A stretch of 64,000 nt of DNA from Candidatus Multivoradales bacterium (GCA_965248055.1 CBDFIJ010000004.1:736001-800000); one strand, 5' to 3'. Counted from the stretch's first letter, positions 30,867 to 39,506 are shown. The notes: a model not told the origin generated them from the letters alone. Numbers and translations: made by a program.

Positions 30867-31629
30867 CCAAGTTGGCTACTCGATCAGCCGATTCCAAGAT
30901 CCGCCGTAGCTTCGGATGGATCTCCACGGCAATGCCCACCTTGTCTTCAAATATGGTCGCAATCGCATCCTGCAGTAGTTCATAACTACCCCAGACCAAT
31001 CCCACAGACTCGTGAAAGCTGCCTAGCAGTTCCTTCGTGATGGACTTTAGTGATCCTGTGATGTCTTGGTCCACATATTTGGCAGCCTTGGCTTTTTGAG
31101 CCTCACCGGTGAGATCACCTTCAAGGGTCCTTAGGTTAGCTGCGTACTGCGGCTGAAACCCCTCTTTATGAATGCTCGCGCGTGTCTCAAGTACATAGGC
31201 AAGGTGGTCAAACGCCCATTGACCATTCCGCAAAACGTTGAGTACCTCTGCAGTCTCACCTCGAAGAAGAAACGCAAGCGCCTTTAAGTCCAAGGGTGGA
31301 GGAATCGACGGAACTACCGCAGCGGGCATTTGAAACCATGCGTCTGGGTTGGCCTGCCACTTCTCAATATCCAAGCCTCCGTCAATACTAGTAAGCCAAT
31401 TCAGCTGCCCAACCAAAGAAAACACCGCCAACTGACTGGCTGCGAAGTCCTCTTTTTCCTTGTGGCGTGACTCCCGCCGCTCCTGGTAGCGGAAGGCAGC
31501 AAACGCGCCCGCCCACGCTGCACCAAAAGCAATAGTGCCAGTCACCAGCCATCCCCCCACCACCATAAGAATGCGAAGGCTGTCTCCCCCGCCGCCATCG
31601 GCCCCCATCAACTCAGGAAGAAAATTCAT
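30859..31629 (-). CDS. Hypothetical cargo protein with N-terminal TM helix
   Basis: 256-aa ORF; hydrophobic residues about 20-45 followed by a helical soluble domain. Confidence 0.75.
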   Translation of the reverse strand: MNFLPELMGADGGGGDSLRILMVVGGWLVTGTIAFGAAWAGAFAAFRYQERRESRHKEKEDFAASQLAVFSLVGQLNWLTSIDGGLDIEKWQANPDAWFQMPAAVVPSIPPPLDLKALAFLLRGETAEVLNVLRNGQWAFDHLAYVLETRASIHKEGFQPQYAANLRTLEGDLTGEAQKAKAAKYVDQDITGSLKSITKELLGSFHESVGLVWGSYELLQDAIATIFEDKVGIAVEIHPKLRRILESADRVANLVV

Positions 31630-31724
31630 CGTCTTGCGCTTCGATCCATTCAGTTACCGCACTGTATCTGTTGTAGAGGTTTGGCCGTAGCCGGGTTACT
31701 TGGCCATTTTGGTGAGTTTCTTCC

Positions 31725-31910
31725 TCAGACCTTCTTTTGGGGCGGCAAACTCGCTGTCCAATCGACAGGCTCTCGCTCCTGCCCTTCCCCTTGTTGTTGA
31801 TCAGGCTCAGCTAACCACGGGAACTCGATCTCACGCAATGCCTTGGTTTGTGCCTCCGTGGGTTCTGGCTGGGCGCCCATCCTCAGGTAGTCGTTGAATG
31901 TACGGGCCAT
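31725..31910 (-). CDS. Small hypothetical protein
   Basis: 61-aa ATG ORF on the element coding strand. Confidence 0.35.
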   Translation of the reverse strand: MARTFNDYLRMGAQPEPTEAQTKALREIEFPWLAEPDQQQGEGQEREPVDWTASLPPQKKV

Positions 31911-32008
31911 GGTGGAAACATATTACAACCGCCCCTCAAACAATACTCATCGCCAGTACTGACGTTATGCTTTTTCACAAAACACGGTCCAGGCTGGACC
32001 TTGATTTC

Positions 32009-32179
32009 CTACGTCCCCCACACGCCAGCTGAACGGGGTAGTAGAAGAAGCTCCTTCACAATCCCCTCGGCGAGGTGTCTGAGGAACTCGTTTTCGACGG
32101 CCTTTTTGAGCTTATCCTTGTCAACACCGTGCTTTTTCACCTCGTCTTGAATGAGCGTCTCTAGTTGCGTTCTTGACAT
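32009..32179 (-). CDS. Small hypothetical protein (56 aa, not in the ORF track)
   Basis: RBS AAAAGGAGG 8-9 nt before ATG; MSRTQLETLIQDEVKKHGVDKDKLKKAVENEFLRHLAEGIVKELLLLPRSAGVWGT*. Confidence 0.6.
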   Translation of the reverse strand: MSRTQLETLIQDEVKKHGVDKDKLKKAVENEFLRHLAEGIVKELLLLPRSAGVWGT

Positions 32180-32350
32180 TGGTTAGTCCTCCTTTTCTCA
32201 GTTGGTATTTGTGTGGCCGCTTCGACCTTACATCAGGGCGAACCATATCTGACGGCGACCGTCGTCGCCTCAGACGCAGCGACTACGGGAGAGAACAACC
32301 CTCGAACGCTGATCGGTTGGGTTGGACTCGATGGTTACAATGCGGTGGCT

Positions 32351-32656
32351 TCAGCGTATGGCTGACGTGTTGAACTCATCTTCTGGGATTCGAGCTACGG
32401 CGGTGGCTTGCTTCTGTTGGTCTGCGCTCATTCCAGCTTCTGCGGCAATATCGCGCTTACTCCTAAAAGGTGGGGTATCCCCCTTTTTAGTACTCGGAAG
32501 ATTCCTTCCATCCCTTCCATCAAACTCACGCATCAACTCCCCAGCACGGCGGATTGCTCTTTCGTAACCGCCACGGATATTTCGCACCCGCTGGCAAGCG
32601 AGCACACCTTCAACAACCGTGACGATGGAACGGTCTCGATATTTCACCGTTACCAC
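32351..32656 (-). pseudogene. Probable fragment of a phage HTH-like DNA-binding protein
   Basis: RAIRRAGELM...AAEAGMSADQQKQATAVARIPEDEF resembles phage hypothetical proteins; both ends look truncated. Confidence 0.45.
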
Positions 32657-32762
32657 TCCGTCGGCCGCCTACGGCCAAGCAAGCGACGACAAACAGGACA
32701 ACGGATATCTTCAATCATCGTTAGTTGGCAGGTTGCACCACAAAGGAGAAAGGTGCTGCGGC

Positions 32763-32785
32763 GCCTGCCGTCGCCGGACGGAGGC
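32763..32785 (-). terminator. GC hairpin just after the element core operon
   Basis: GCCT(G)CCGTC-GCCG-GACGGAGGC 6 nt after the stop of 32791-33294; no clear U-tract. Confidence 0.3.
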
Positions 32786-32790
32786 ACGCC

Positions 32791-33294
32791 TCAAATTTGG
32801 GCGAGCGAGCGCTCTGCCTTTTCTTCCGCTTTCTTGAGCTGACGCTCAACCTCGGCAATCTGAGGCTCAAGGAAGCAAAGTGGCCTCGCTCGCGACGCAA
32901 CAGGGCCTAGCTCAGCCTCAAGCTCGGCTGGCATTCGTGGGGCAACCAGCGGGGAGATGTGTTCTGGCCAGCCGCTTTCGATCCATTCCAGGGACAGCTC
33001 GATTCCGCTGTAGTCGTGGCCGGTTGCAGACGGTAGGCGCTCTTTCAATACTTTTTTTGCATCCAAAAGGGCAGTCCTCGTTTCGCGCAAGGGCACTAGC
33101 TCAGCCTCAGCTCGCTCCAAGGCTTGGAGCGCACTCCCCAGCGAGCCACTAACGGCTCGCATCAAGAATAGCTCCTCTGTCAGCTCGCGGCGCTTTCTTG
33201 GAATCGCTTCGCCGTCGATCACATCGGGCAAAACGGCGATTGCTTCCCTGCTGCGAGTGTGCGCTTCACGCAGCTGGTCTGTTAATGCAGTCAT
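32791..33294 (-). CDS. Hypothetical coiled-coil protein
   Basis: 167 aa, E/R/L/A-rich heptads; ATGA coupling with the upstream gene. Confidence 0.75.
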   Translation of the reverse strand: MTALTDQLREAHTRSREAIAVLPDVIDGEAIPRKRRELTEELFLMRAVSGSLGSALQALERAEAELVPLRETRTALLDAKKVLKERLPSATGHDYSGIELSLEWIESGWPEHISPLVAPRMPAELEAELGPVASRARPLCFLEPQIAEVERQLKKAEEKAERSLAQI

Positions 33295-33674
33295 ACGTGC
33301 AGCCCGTAGGTGTCTGGGCCTTGCCCTGGAGCCGTTTTCGCCTTTTTGGCCAGATGTTTTTTCTCGTCGGTTTTTTCGTGCAGGCCGTATGTGTCCAAGG
33401 GGAGGACCTCAGCCCTTGCAATGGTAAGCCGCTGCTTACGGATGGGGGATGTCGTCGGCATGTCGGTCAAGCCGTATGGGTTGAACCACGTGACTGCCGG
33501 TCGCAAGGCCCGTGACTGCTTTGCAGCGGACGGCCCCAAGGCGGCCAGCAGCGCAATGAACTGGTCTCGTTCGCGCTCCAGCACCTTGATTTTCGCCGCG
33601 TGTGGGCACGGCGAGTTTGAGTGTTCACTTCTTGGCATTTTGATATTCCTCCGTCGATTTCTGTTCTGATTCAA
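33291..33674 (-). CDS. Hypothetical protein with three YGL motifs
   Basis: NPYGLT, DTYGLH, DTYGLH; directly after terL. Confidence 0.7.
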   Translation of the reverse strand: MNQNRNRRRNIKMPRSEHSNSPCPHAAKIKVLERERDQFIALLAALGPSAAKQSRALRPAVTWFNPYGLTDMPTTSPIRKQRLTIARAEVLPLDTYGLHEKTDEKKHLAKKAKTAPGQGPDTYGLHV

Positions 33675-33679
33675 AACCT

Positions 33680-35215
33680 CTAGTGAAGCAAATTCTTCAC
33701 TTGTAGGTCGGTAATAATTTGGCCAGCGAAAGCTCGTCGCGATCGCATGATTTCGCTTTGTCGTTCTGGACTGAGACCAGGATTTTCCATCCGAGCTGGC
33801 GGACCAAGGCCGCTACTACCCCAAGTTCCTGCAATTCGTTCAGGCTCCCGCCCGGCAAGCGTCAGCGCGCCAGCAGCCGCATTGACCAAATCGTCATGCC
33901 CGCTCGACGCATGGTCGATAACATCCCGCCCACCTCGTGAAGTTCGGCGCTCCAAGCCCACAAGCTGTGCTTGCAATCTCTCGTGCTCCAGAAGTTCTAC
34001 GCGACCCGAGTTGAGCAGCGGCAGCAGTTCTGAGTAAATCGCCGTCTTCACCTTCGCGGAAGGCTCAAGAGTGATTCCGTGTTTTCCCATCGCCTCAGTT
34101 GCAAAGTCAGCGGCGAAACGGTCCGCCGTCGCGTCAGTCAATCGATACCGCTTCAGCGCCGCAGCAAACTGGCTGCACACCTCGGCTGGGGAAAACGGCG
34201 GTCTTACCTCCCGTACTAGGTCCAGAATCGAAACCTCCTGCCCATCCCGGTCCTCGACGTGAGCAATTGCCAACGTCGCGGAGTCCGCGCCTGAGCCGCC
34301 CGCAAAGTCAAGGAATCCAGCGTAAGAGACGTCATGAATCGGCCCAAGCTCCAATCGCCCCGGCACAGTTGCGCGCTCAACAATCTCCAGCGGCACGAAA
34401 TTCTCGATGTCACTTCGAAACTGAGCCAACCACTCCGCCCGTGCCGATGACTCGTCATCAGCCAGCGCACGGTCAACTTCAGACTGTGGAACTGTCGGAT
34501 TCAGCGCCCGAGTCGGTGCCTGCACTACTAGCACGTCGCCAGACTTGCCATAGTGCCGCTTGTGCGCCCGCCAAAGCTCACCTTTGCGCGCATATGGAGA
34601 AGACAGGCACAGCAGCATCGAACCCGGTACCGTCGCCATAGCTGGCCGCAGCGCGTTCAAAATCTCCCGGTCAGGTTGCGCCGATGAGTCAACCGGCCAA
34701 AATGCAATTTCATCGGCGGCCACACCGATGATGCTGTAACCGCGAACACTGCGAAAGGATGCCGTGTGAATTTCGATTATCAGCCCGTTGGTCAAACGAA
34801 TCTCGGTCTTGGTTTCCGATTCCACCAACTGCGACAGAACCGGAGTCGATGCCAGCAGCCCCGACACATACCGCCGAATAACTCTGGCTTGTCGACGGTC
34901 AGCGGCGATCACCATGAACGTTCCAACCTCACCCGGCGACAGCGAATACTCTCGGCAGGTAGTCAGGAACACGGCCACCACAGCCGCAATCAAAGACTTG
35001 CCGCCACGACGTCCAACTATCGCCCAAAGCTCTCTAGCTTGAGACTGTGGCGCCTCACTTCGGTCCGTCAATTCTTCGAACGTCGCCAGCTCGCCAGCAT
35101 CCAACGCCAGACCAAACAACGCCTTGAGAATCACCCGCCAGCCAGCCCAAGAGTCACCCTCAAACTGCCCTGGCAAGACTCGATCAAGAAACTCAATGAT
35201 CGTGCGCTCAGCCAT
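33680..35215 (-). CDS. Phage terminase large subunit
   Basis: Walker A VGRRGGKS, Walker B VAADE, motif III LSSP, RNase H-like LDFAGGSGAD and HDDLVNA. Confidence 0.9.
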   Translation of the reverse strand: MAERTIIEFLDRVLPGQFEGDSWAGWRVILKALFGLALDAGELATFEELTDRSEAPQSQARELWAIVGRRGGKSLIAAVVAVFLTTCREYSLSPGEVGTFMVIAADRRQARVIRRYVSGLLASTPVLSQLVESETKTEIRLTNGLIIEIHTASFRSVRGYSIIGVAADEIAFWPVDSSAQPDREILNALRPAMATVPGSMLLCLSSPYARKGELWRAHKRHYGKSGDVLVVQAPTRALNPTVPQSEVDRALADDESSARAEWLAQFRSDIENFVPLEIVERATVPGRLELGPIHDVSYAGFLDFAGGSGADSATLAIAHVEDRDGQEVSILDLVREVRPPFSPAEVCSQFAAALKRYRLTDATADRFAADFATEAMGKHGITLEPSAKVKTAIYSELLPLLNSGRVELLEHERLQAQLVGLERRTSRGGRDVIDHASSGHDDLVNAAAGALTLAGREPERIAGTWGSSGLGPPARMENPGLSPERQSEIMRSRRAFAGQIITDLQVKNLLH

Positions 35216-35738
35216 TAAGCACCTCATCTAATGTTGGTGCTAGCTTCGGCTCACGTTTCAGCCCGACCAAACGCAAATGGCGCTCCACTCGATCACATGC
35301 TTGGACCCAGACAACTAGTGCCCGGCGAGTACGTCCAGCACTCGTCAGTGGACCACCAGATTCTGAGACACGGGAAAACGCTGAATCACGAATTGTCACA
35401 GCTTGAGCCAACCCGCTAGCAGCCTGTTTAAGCGCCTCGGGTGCTGATTCCCGACTGTGGCCAGCATCGCTTAGAACCGCGTCCTCAAGCTCCCTCAGCG
35501 CCGCAGCTTGAGCCTTCCAAAACGCTGCGCTGCGATGACCAGCAACAAGTGCAGTTTGATTCCCCGGCAGCACGTGACCACGTTCGCATCGGTCGCTCTT
35601 TTCGAGGTGCGGACCAGCTCCACAAGTGCAAGCCGTCAACGGTCCGTTCTCCATTCCGACTACGCCAGACGGAGCTTGGGCTGCTACACGGTCGCTACAC
35701 AGCCTGTTATTAGTTGGCTTATCTAGTTGATTCATCAA
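35208..35738 (-). CDS. Putative terminase small subunit
   Basis: Overlaps the terL start; PGNQTALVAGHRS resembles the TerS GN-x-A-x-HG motif; helical body; start uncertain. Confidence 0.55.
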   Translation of the reverse strand: MMNQLDKPTNNRLCSDRVAAQAPSGVVGMENGPLTACTCGAGPHLEKSDRCERGHVLPGNQTALVAGHRSAAFWKAQAAALRELEDAVLSDAGHSRESAPEALKQAASGLAQAVTIRDSAFSRVSESGGPLTSAGRTRRALVVWVQACDRVERHLRLVGLKREPKLAPTLDEVLNG

Positions 35739-35782
35739 TAGTTAGCTCATATCCGTTTGTAGCTTCATTGGCTCTAGGTCGG

Positions 35783-35989
35783 CTAGGTTTCTTGGCCCTG
35801 CACATCGGGTTCTGCTTCTTGAGTTGGTTCGTTGATGGTGTTTGCGAGCACGGCAGGTTCGCAGTCGCAGGGATCTCCGGCGAAGATGCCGCAGTCTTCG
35901 TCGTGTTCTACGTTGACTTCAACGACGTCACCGGGGCGAAGCTGTTCGGCAATGACTTCTAGCGCTGGGTAGTAGTTCGGTCGCTTCAT
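35783..35989 (-). CDS. Small putative metal-binding protein
   Basis: HDEDC-x7-CDCEP motif; ATGA coupling with the helicase. Confidence 0.65.
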   Translation of the reverse strand: MKRPNYYPALEVIAEQLRPGDVVEVNVEHDEDCGIFAGDPCDCEPAVLANTINEPTQEAEPDVQGQET

Positions 35990-37461
35990 CCTGCTCCCTT
36001 CGCTTTCGGGTGATCCGGACTACCGTGTCCCGTGCGAGACTTATGTCTCGCAATTCGGGAAACGCTGTGTGTCCCCGACCGTTTCCCGGATCGAGAATCT
36101 TCAATTTCCCGTTGGTCGGACACGGTGGAAACGCTCGCGTCTGAAACCGTTTCCCGAACCGTGTCCCGCGTGTTAGGCCGGGAAACGCTTTTCGGTGCCG
36201 AATATCGACGTCTGGCAGGGCTTCCGCCTTCGGTGATCCTGCCGTCGGCGATCAGGTTTGTAAGTGCTTGCCGGACGGTTGCGGCGCGACTGGAAACAGC
36301 GTCGAGGATCGAGCGCTGGGAGCAACCATCGTTCGCGCTCACGTGAGAAACGATGTCGCCAGAGATTTCGTCGGTTCCGCGTTCGTCCGAGTCCAGCTCG
36401 AACCGGTTGCCCACCAGCCTCACAGTGAACTCTCCGCGTCCGTAGCGGCCTCGATACTCGATCTTGCGCCGAGTACCCGATCCAGCTCGCATAGTTGCGA
36501 TCACGTCGACTGCGGCTTCGATTTCACCACTGTCGCGGCTTGTGCCGTCTGATTTTCTGGCGTGATGAAGAATTAACAGCGCCGCGCCGGTTTCGCGCGC
36601 GAGCCTCACGAGCGGGCGAACCACTCGCGACCACTGGGTCGAACTTCCGCTCTCTGGGGCAATGTGCTGGGCAACATCCGCCAGACTGTCCACAATGATA
36701 AGAATCGGGTCGGTATCCGCAGCAGCGGCGCGAATTTCTGCGGTTGGGTCACTCCTCCATTGGAGGACCGAAACAACCTCAAGGTCTGCGTTCATGTCGC
36801 GCAGCCGTCTTGCCAAGTCGGCGGGGTATTCCTCGCTCGCGATCAGGACCGGGCCTCTCTTTGCGACGGAACCGAGGAATTCACTGCTGGTCGAAACGCA
36901 AGCGGCCCCGTAAGTGGAGAGAGTCGATTTCCCGAGCTTTGCCGGGGCAACTAACAGTGTCACCCTCCCCGGCCATGCGAGCTTGTTCAGTACCGGGCTC
37001 GGTAGGTCAACGCCTTCCGTGACGATCTCCGCAGCCGTTCGAGCAAGGCTTATCGCCTCGCATGGCGTGGCAAGTACCTCTTCCAGCTCAGCGCGCGCGC
37101 GTTCGTCGTCAGGATCCTCAACGAGCTTCTGAGCCGCAGTTGTGACCTTCCGCTTTTGCGCTGCCCGACGAACTGCGACCACGTAGTCGCCTACGCGCTC
37201 GACATCCGGCAGCGAGGTTTCCAGCCCTGCCAACTCGGCGATGGTGACATTCGAGCCGGCGGCTTCCAACTCAGCACCTACTGTGCGCAAATCGGGCACC
37301 GCATCGGTGCCGACTACTCTCGCAATGGCGTCGCGGATCTCTCCGCAGCGAGCGCTTGCGAAATCCTCGGCGGCAAGCTCCAGGACGACATCTGCTGAGG
37401 ATGGGTCAACCAGCACAGCACCGATAGCTGCGCGCTCCGCTTCGTGTAGGTGCGGGTTCAC
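35986..37461 (-). CDS. Replication protein: DnaB N-terminal domain + RecA-like/AAA_25 helicase + wHTH-like C-terminus
   Basis: EAERAAIGAVL..AEDF (DnaB-N); APAKLGKST, IIVDSL, LHHARK, RDSGEIEAAVD. Confidence 0.85.
   Translation of the reverse strand: MNPHLHEAERAAIGAVLVDPSSADVVLELAAEDFASARCGEIRDAIARVVGTDAVPDLRTVGAELEAAGSNVTIAELAGLETSLPDVERVGDYVVAVRRAAQKRKVTTAAQKLVEDPDDERARAELEEVLATPCEAISLARTAAEIVTEGVDLPSPVLNKLAWPGRVTLLVAPAKLGKSTLSTYGAACVSTSSEFLGSVAKRGPVLIASEEYPADLARRLRDMNADLEVVSVLQWRSDPTAEIRAAAADTDPILIIVDSLADVAQHIAPESGSSTQWSRVVRPLVRLARETGAALLILHHARKSDGTSRDSGEIEAAVDVIATMRAGSGTRRKIEYRGRYGRGEFTVRLVGNRFELDSDERGTDEISGDIVSHVSANDGCSQRSILDAVSSRAATVRQALTNLIADGRITEGGSPARRRYSAPKSVSRPNTRDTVRETVSDASVSTVSDQREIEDSRSGKRSGTHSVSRIARHKSRTGHGSPDHPKAKGAG
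36023..36187. repeat. Iteron-like cluster, consensus CGT(G/T)TCCCG, about 10 copies in both orientations (putative ori)
   Basis: Copies at 36023, 36056(rc), 36069, 36079, 36105, 36117(rc), 36127(rc), 36147, 36159, 36179(rc); hairpin TGCGAGAC-TTAT-GTCTCGCA at 36033-36052. Confidence 0.75.
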
Positions 37462-37676
37462 GCCCGACCCCGGTCGCTAGTGCTCGTCATTAACCGGGAC
37501 TCAACGAAGCGCTCAAGGTCGCTGGGGCGATACCTGACGGCCTTCGGCGATAGGCGCACGAACCGAGGGCCACCGCCCCGTAGTCGAAAACTTTCGAGTG
37601 TTCGTGGAGACAAGCCGAGCCGGTCGGCGGCTTGACGAGTGTTCAAGAGTCTTCCGATAGTTGACGTCGTACTCAT
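37458..37676 (-). CDS. AlpA/excisionase-like HTH_17 protein
   Basis: LLNTRQAADRLGLSPRTL..RLRGGGPRF..VRYRPSDL. Confidence 0.88.
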   Translation of the reverse strand: MSTTSTIGRLLNTRQAADRLGLSPRTLESFRLRGGGPRFVRLSPKAVRYRPSDLERFVESRLMTSTSDRGRA

Positions 37677-37731
37677 CGCGTCCACCATCGTATGCAGCCG
37701 TAGCTGCTCCAGCTCACGGTTAACTTCCGAG

Positions 37732-38181
37732 TTAGTCGGGAGGGGCGGTAGTCGCGTGTAGGTAAAACATCGTCGCAAGCTCTTCGGCTGCACGACCATC
37801 GACAGCACTAATCGGTCGCTTGTCGGCACCAAGGTTGATTTCCAATCCTCGCCGGTACTCCCTCCGCGCTACCTCAATCTGAGAAACCGAGCAATTCAGG
37901 ATCTGTCCGGCTGCAGAATCCGCATGGCGACGACGACCTTTCGCGTGCACTACGTCGGCCCGGAGAGTGTCTCCAGCCAGGTCCAGCGGAAACGTTCCGG
38001 CGTAGATACCCTCAGCCACGATAGCTCTGCGTAGTCGGCGCATGACCCGCTCCATTGGCGGGTCTGCCGGGCGATTCGCAGGGCGTGCAGCTAGAGACTC
38101 CATTTCCGCTGCAACCCTGTTTGGGTCACGACCGTTTCGCAGCTCTCCCGCCAGGCGTAGTGCGTCTTTTTTTTGGATCAT
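37732..38181 (-). CDS. Hypothetical protein with possible HTH
   Basis: ATGA-coupled to the integrase; AAGQILNCSVSQIEVAR is HTH-like. Confidence 0.6.
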   Translation of the reverse strand: MIQKKDALRLAGELRNGRDPNRVAAEMESLAARPANRPADPPMERVMRRLRRAIVAEGIYAGTFPLDLAGDTLRADVVHAKGRRRHADSAAGQILNCSVSQIEVARREYRRGLEINLGADKRPISAVDGRAAEELATMFYLHATTAPPD

Positions 38182-39491
38182 CGTTCGCCTCTGAACTCCA
38201 GCACCTTCGCCTCTCTACAATCCAGCGCCTGAGCGATCCTCGCCGTAACCCGGTCAGCGATCTCCCTCAACTGAGCGTTGTCGACATGAATATAGGAATT
38301 GAGTACCGGGTCTTTGACAGCGGCTCTACCAGTTAGGGCACCGGCAAAGGCTGGACCTTCCTGAAAGGCAATCGACTCGAATGTATGACGTAGGGAATGG
38401 AGGTCACAGCCATCGATCCCAGCAGCTTGGTAGATCCACCTACGCGGCTTATCGATCCCGACTAATGGAGCTGTTGGGTTCAATGGTGACCTAACAACTG
38501 GCGCCCCGTCTACACCCTCCGGCTTCACCTTGCTCAACAACTCCACCGCCGTAGCACCCAATGGAAGGGTCCGAGGTTGGCCGCCTTTCCCGCCACTACC
38601 GCCCCCGTGAGCTTCCAATTTGTACGAACCAACCTCTAGGTCAACATCACCCCAACGTAGCCCTTCACGTGGCCCCCTGTAGGCCAGAGTCATGTGCCCA
38701 AGTAATTCGCTTCTCCGCATGCCAGTTAGAGCAAAGGTGCGTATCGCTAGAGCAACGTTGGGGTGAATTGTCTTGGACTTGTCCCCGATCTTGATCGACT
38801 CCCCCGCTTCAACCTTGCGCAGCACTTCCCCAAGCCGCCCTAGCTCCTCAGTGGTCAATGCTCGACGTGGATTCTTTGGTGGCGCGTTGAACTTCTTAAC
38901 CCGTGATGCTGGGTTGGTGTCGATCAGTCCTTCTGTAGCGGCATGCTCCAGGACGGCGTGTAACACCATCCTCAAGTGGTCTGCAGTGGTGGGTGTGTCG
39001 GATAGCTTGCGGTGCATCCGTCTCACGTCATCGACGGTCACATCCTGGATACGTCTTTTCTTCATCGCTGGCGGGACGTGCCTTCTCCATACCCCTTTGG
39101 CGAACGTGAGGCTTGACAATCGACCACGGCGAGCACCAGCCTCCGCCCTCGCTTTGAGATCTTCAAAGTAGCGACTGGCAACATCGTCAAACGCCTCACC
39201 CTCCCTGGCCCGTCTCCGTTGCTCCATCGGATCTACACCCGTGGCCGCACCATACAAATGCTTCTTAGCCAGTTTGCGGCCCTCGTCCACAGTCAATTGA
39301 CCAAAGTTCCCGACAGTCATTCTCCGACGCCTAGATCCATCCCGGTATTCAACAAAAAATGCCTTGGCCCCACCCGCGGTAACCCGCAATCCGAACCCCT
39401 TCAACTCTGTATCGCGGTAGAGGGTCTGATTCGATGCCCCAGCGTGCTGGGCAGCATCGCAAACAGTCTTGGTCAGTTTCTTCGCTGGCAT
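38178..39491 (-). CDS. int: Tyrosine integrase with N-terminal arm-binding domain (P4-like)
   Basis: RDTELKGFGLRV arm domain; TGMRRSE, HSLRHTF, C-terminal Y; RBS GGAGGT. Confidence 0.95.
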   Translation of the reverse strand: MPAKKLTKTVCDAAQHAGASNQTLYRDTELKGFGLRVTAGGAKAFFVEYRDGSRRRRMTVGNFGQLTVDEGRKLAKKHLYGAATGVDPMEQRRRAREGEAFDDVASRYFEDLKARAEAGARRGRLSSLTFAKGVWRRHVPPAMKKRRIQDVTVDDVRRMHRKLSDTPTTADHLRMVLHAVLEHAATEGLIDTNPASRVKKFNAPPKNPRRALTTEELGRLGEVLRKVEAGESIKIGDKSKTIHPNVALAIRTFALTGMRRSELLGHMTLAYRGPREGLRWGDVDLEVGSYKLEAHGGGSGGKGGQPRTLPLGATAVELLSKVKPEGVDGAPVVRSPLNPTAPLVGIDKPRRWIYQAAGIDGCDLHSLRHTFESIAFQEGPAFAGALTGRAAVKDPVLNSYIHVDNAQLREIADRVTARIAQALDCREAKVLEFRGER

Positions 39492-39506
39492 CTATGCACC
39501 TCCATT

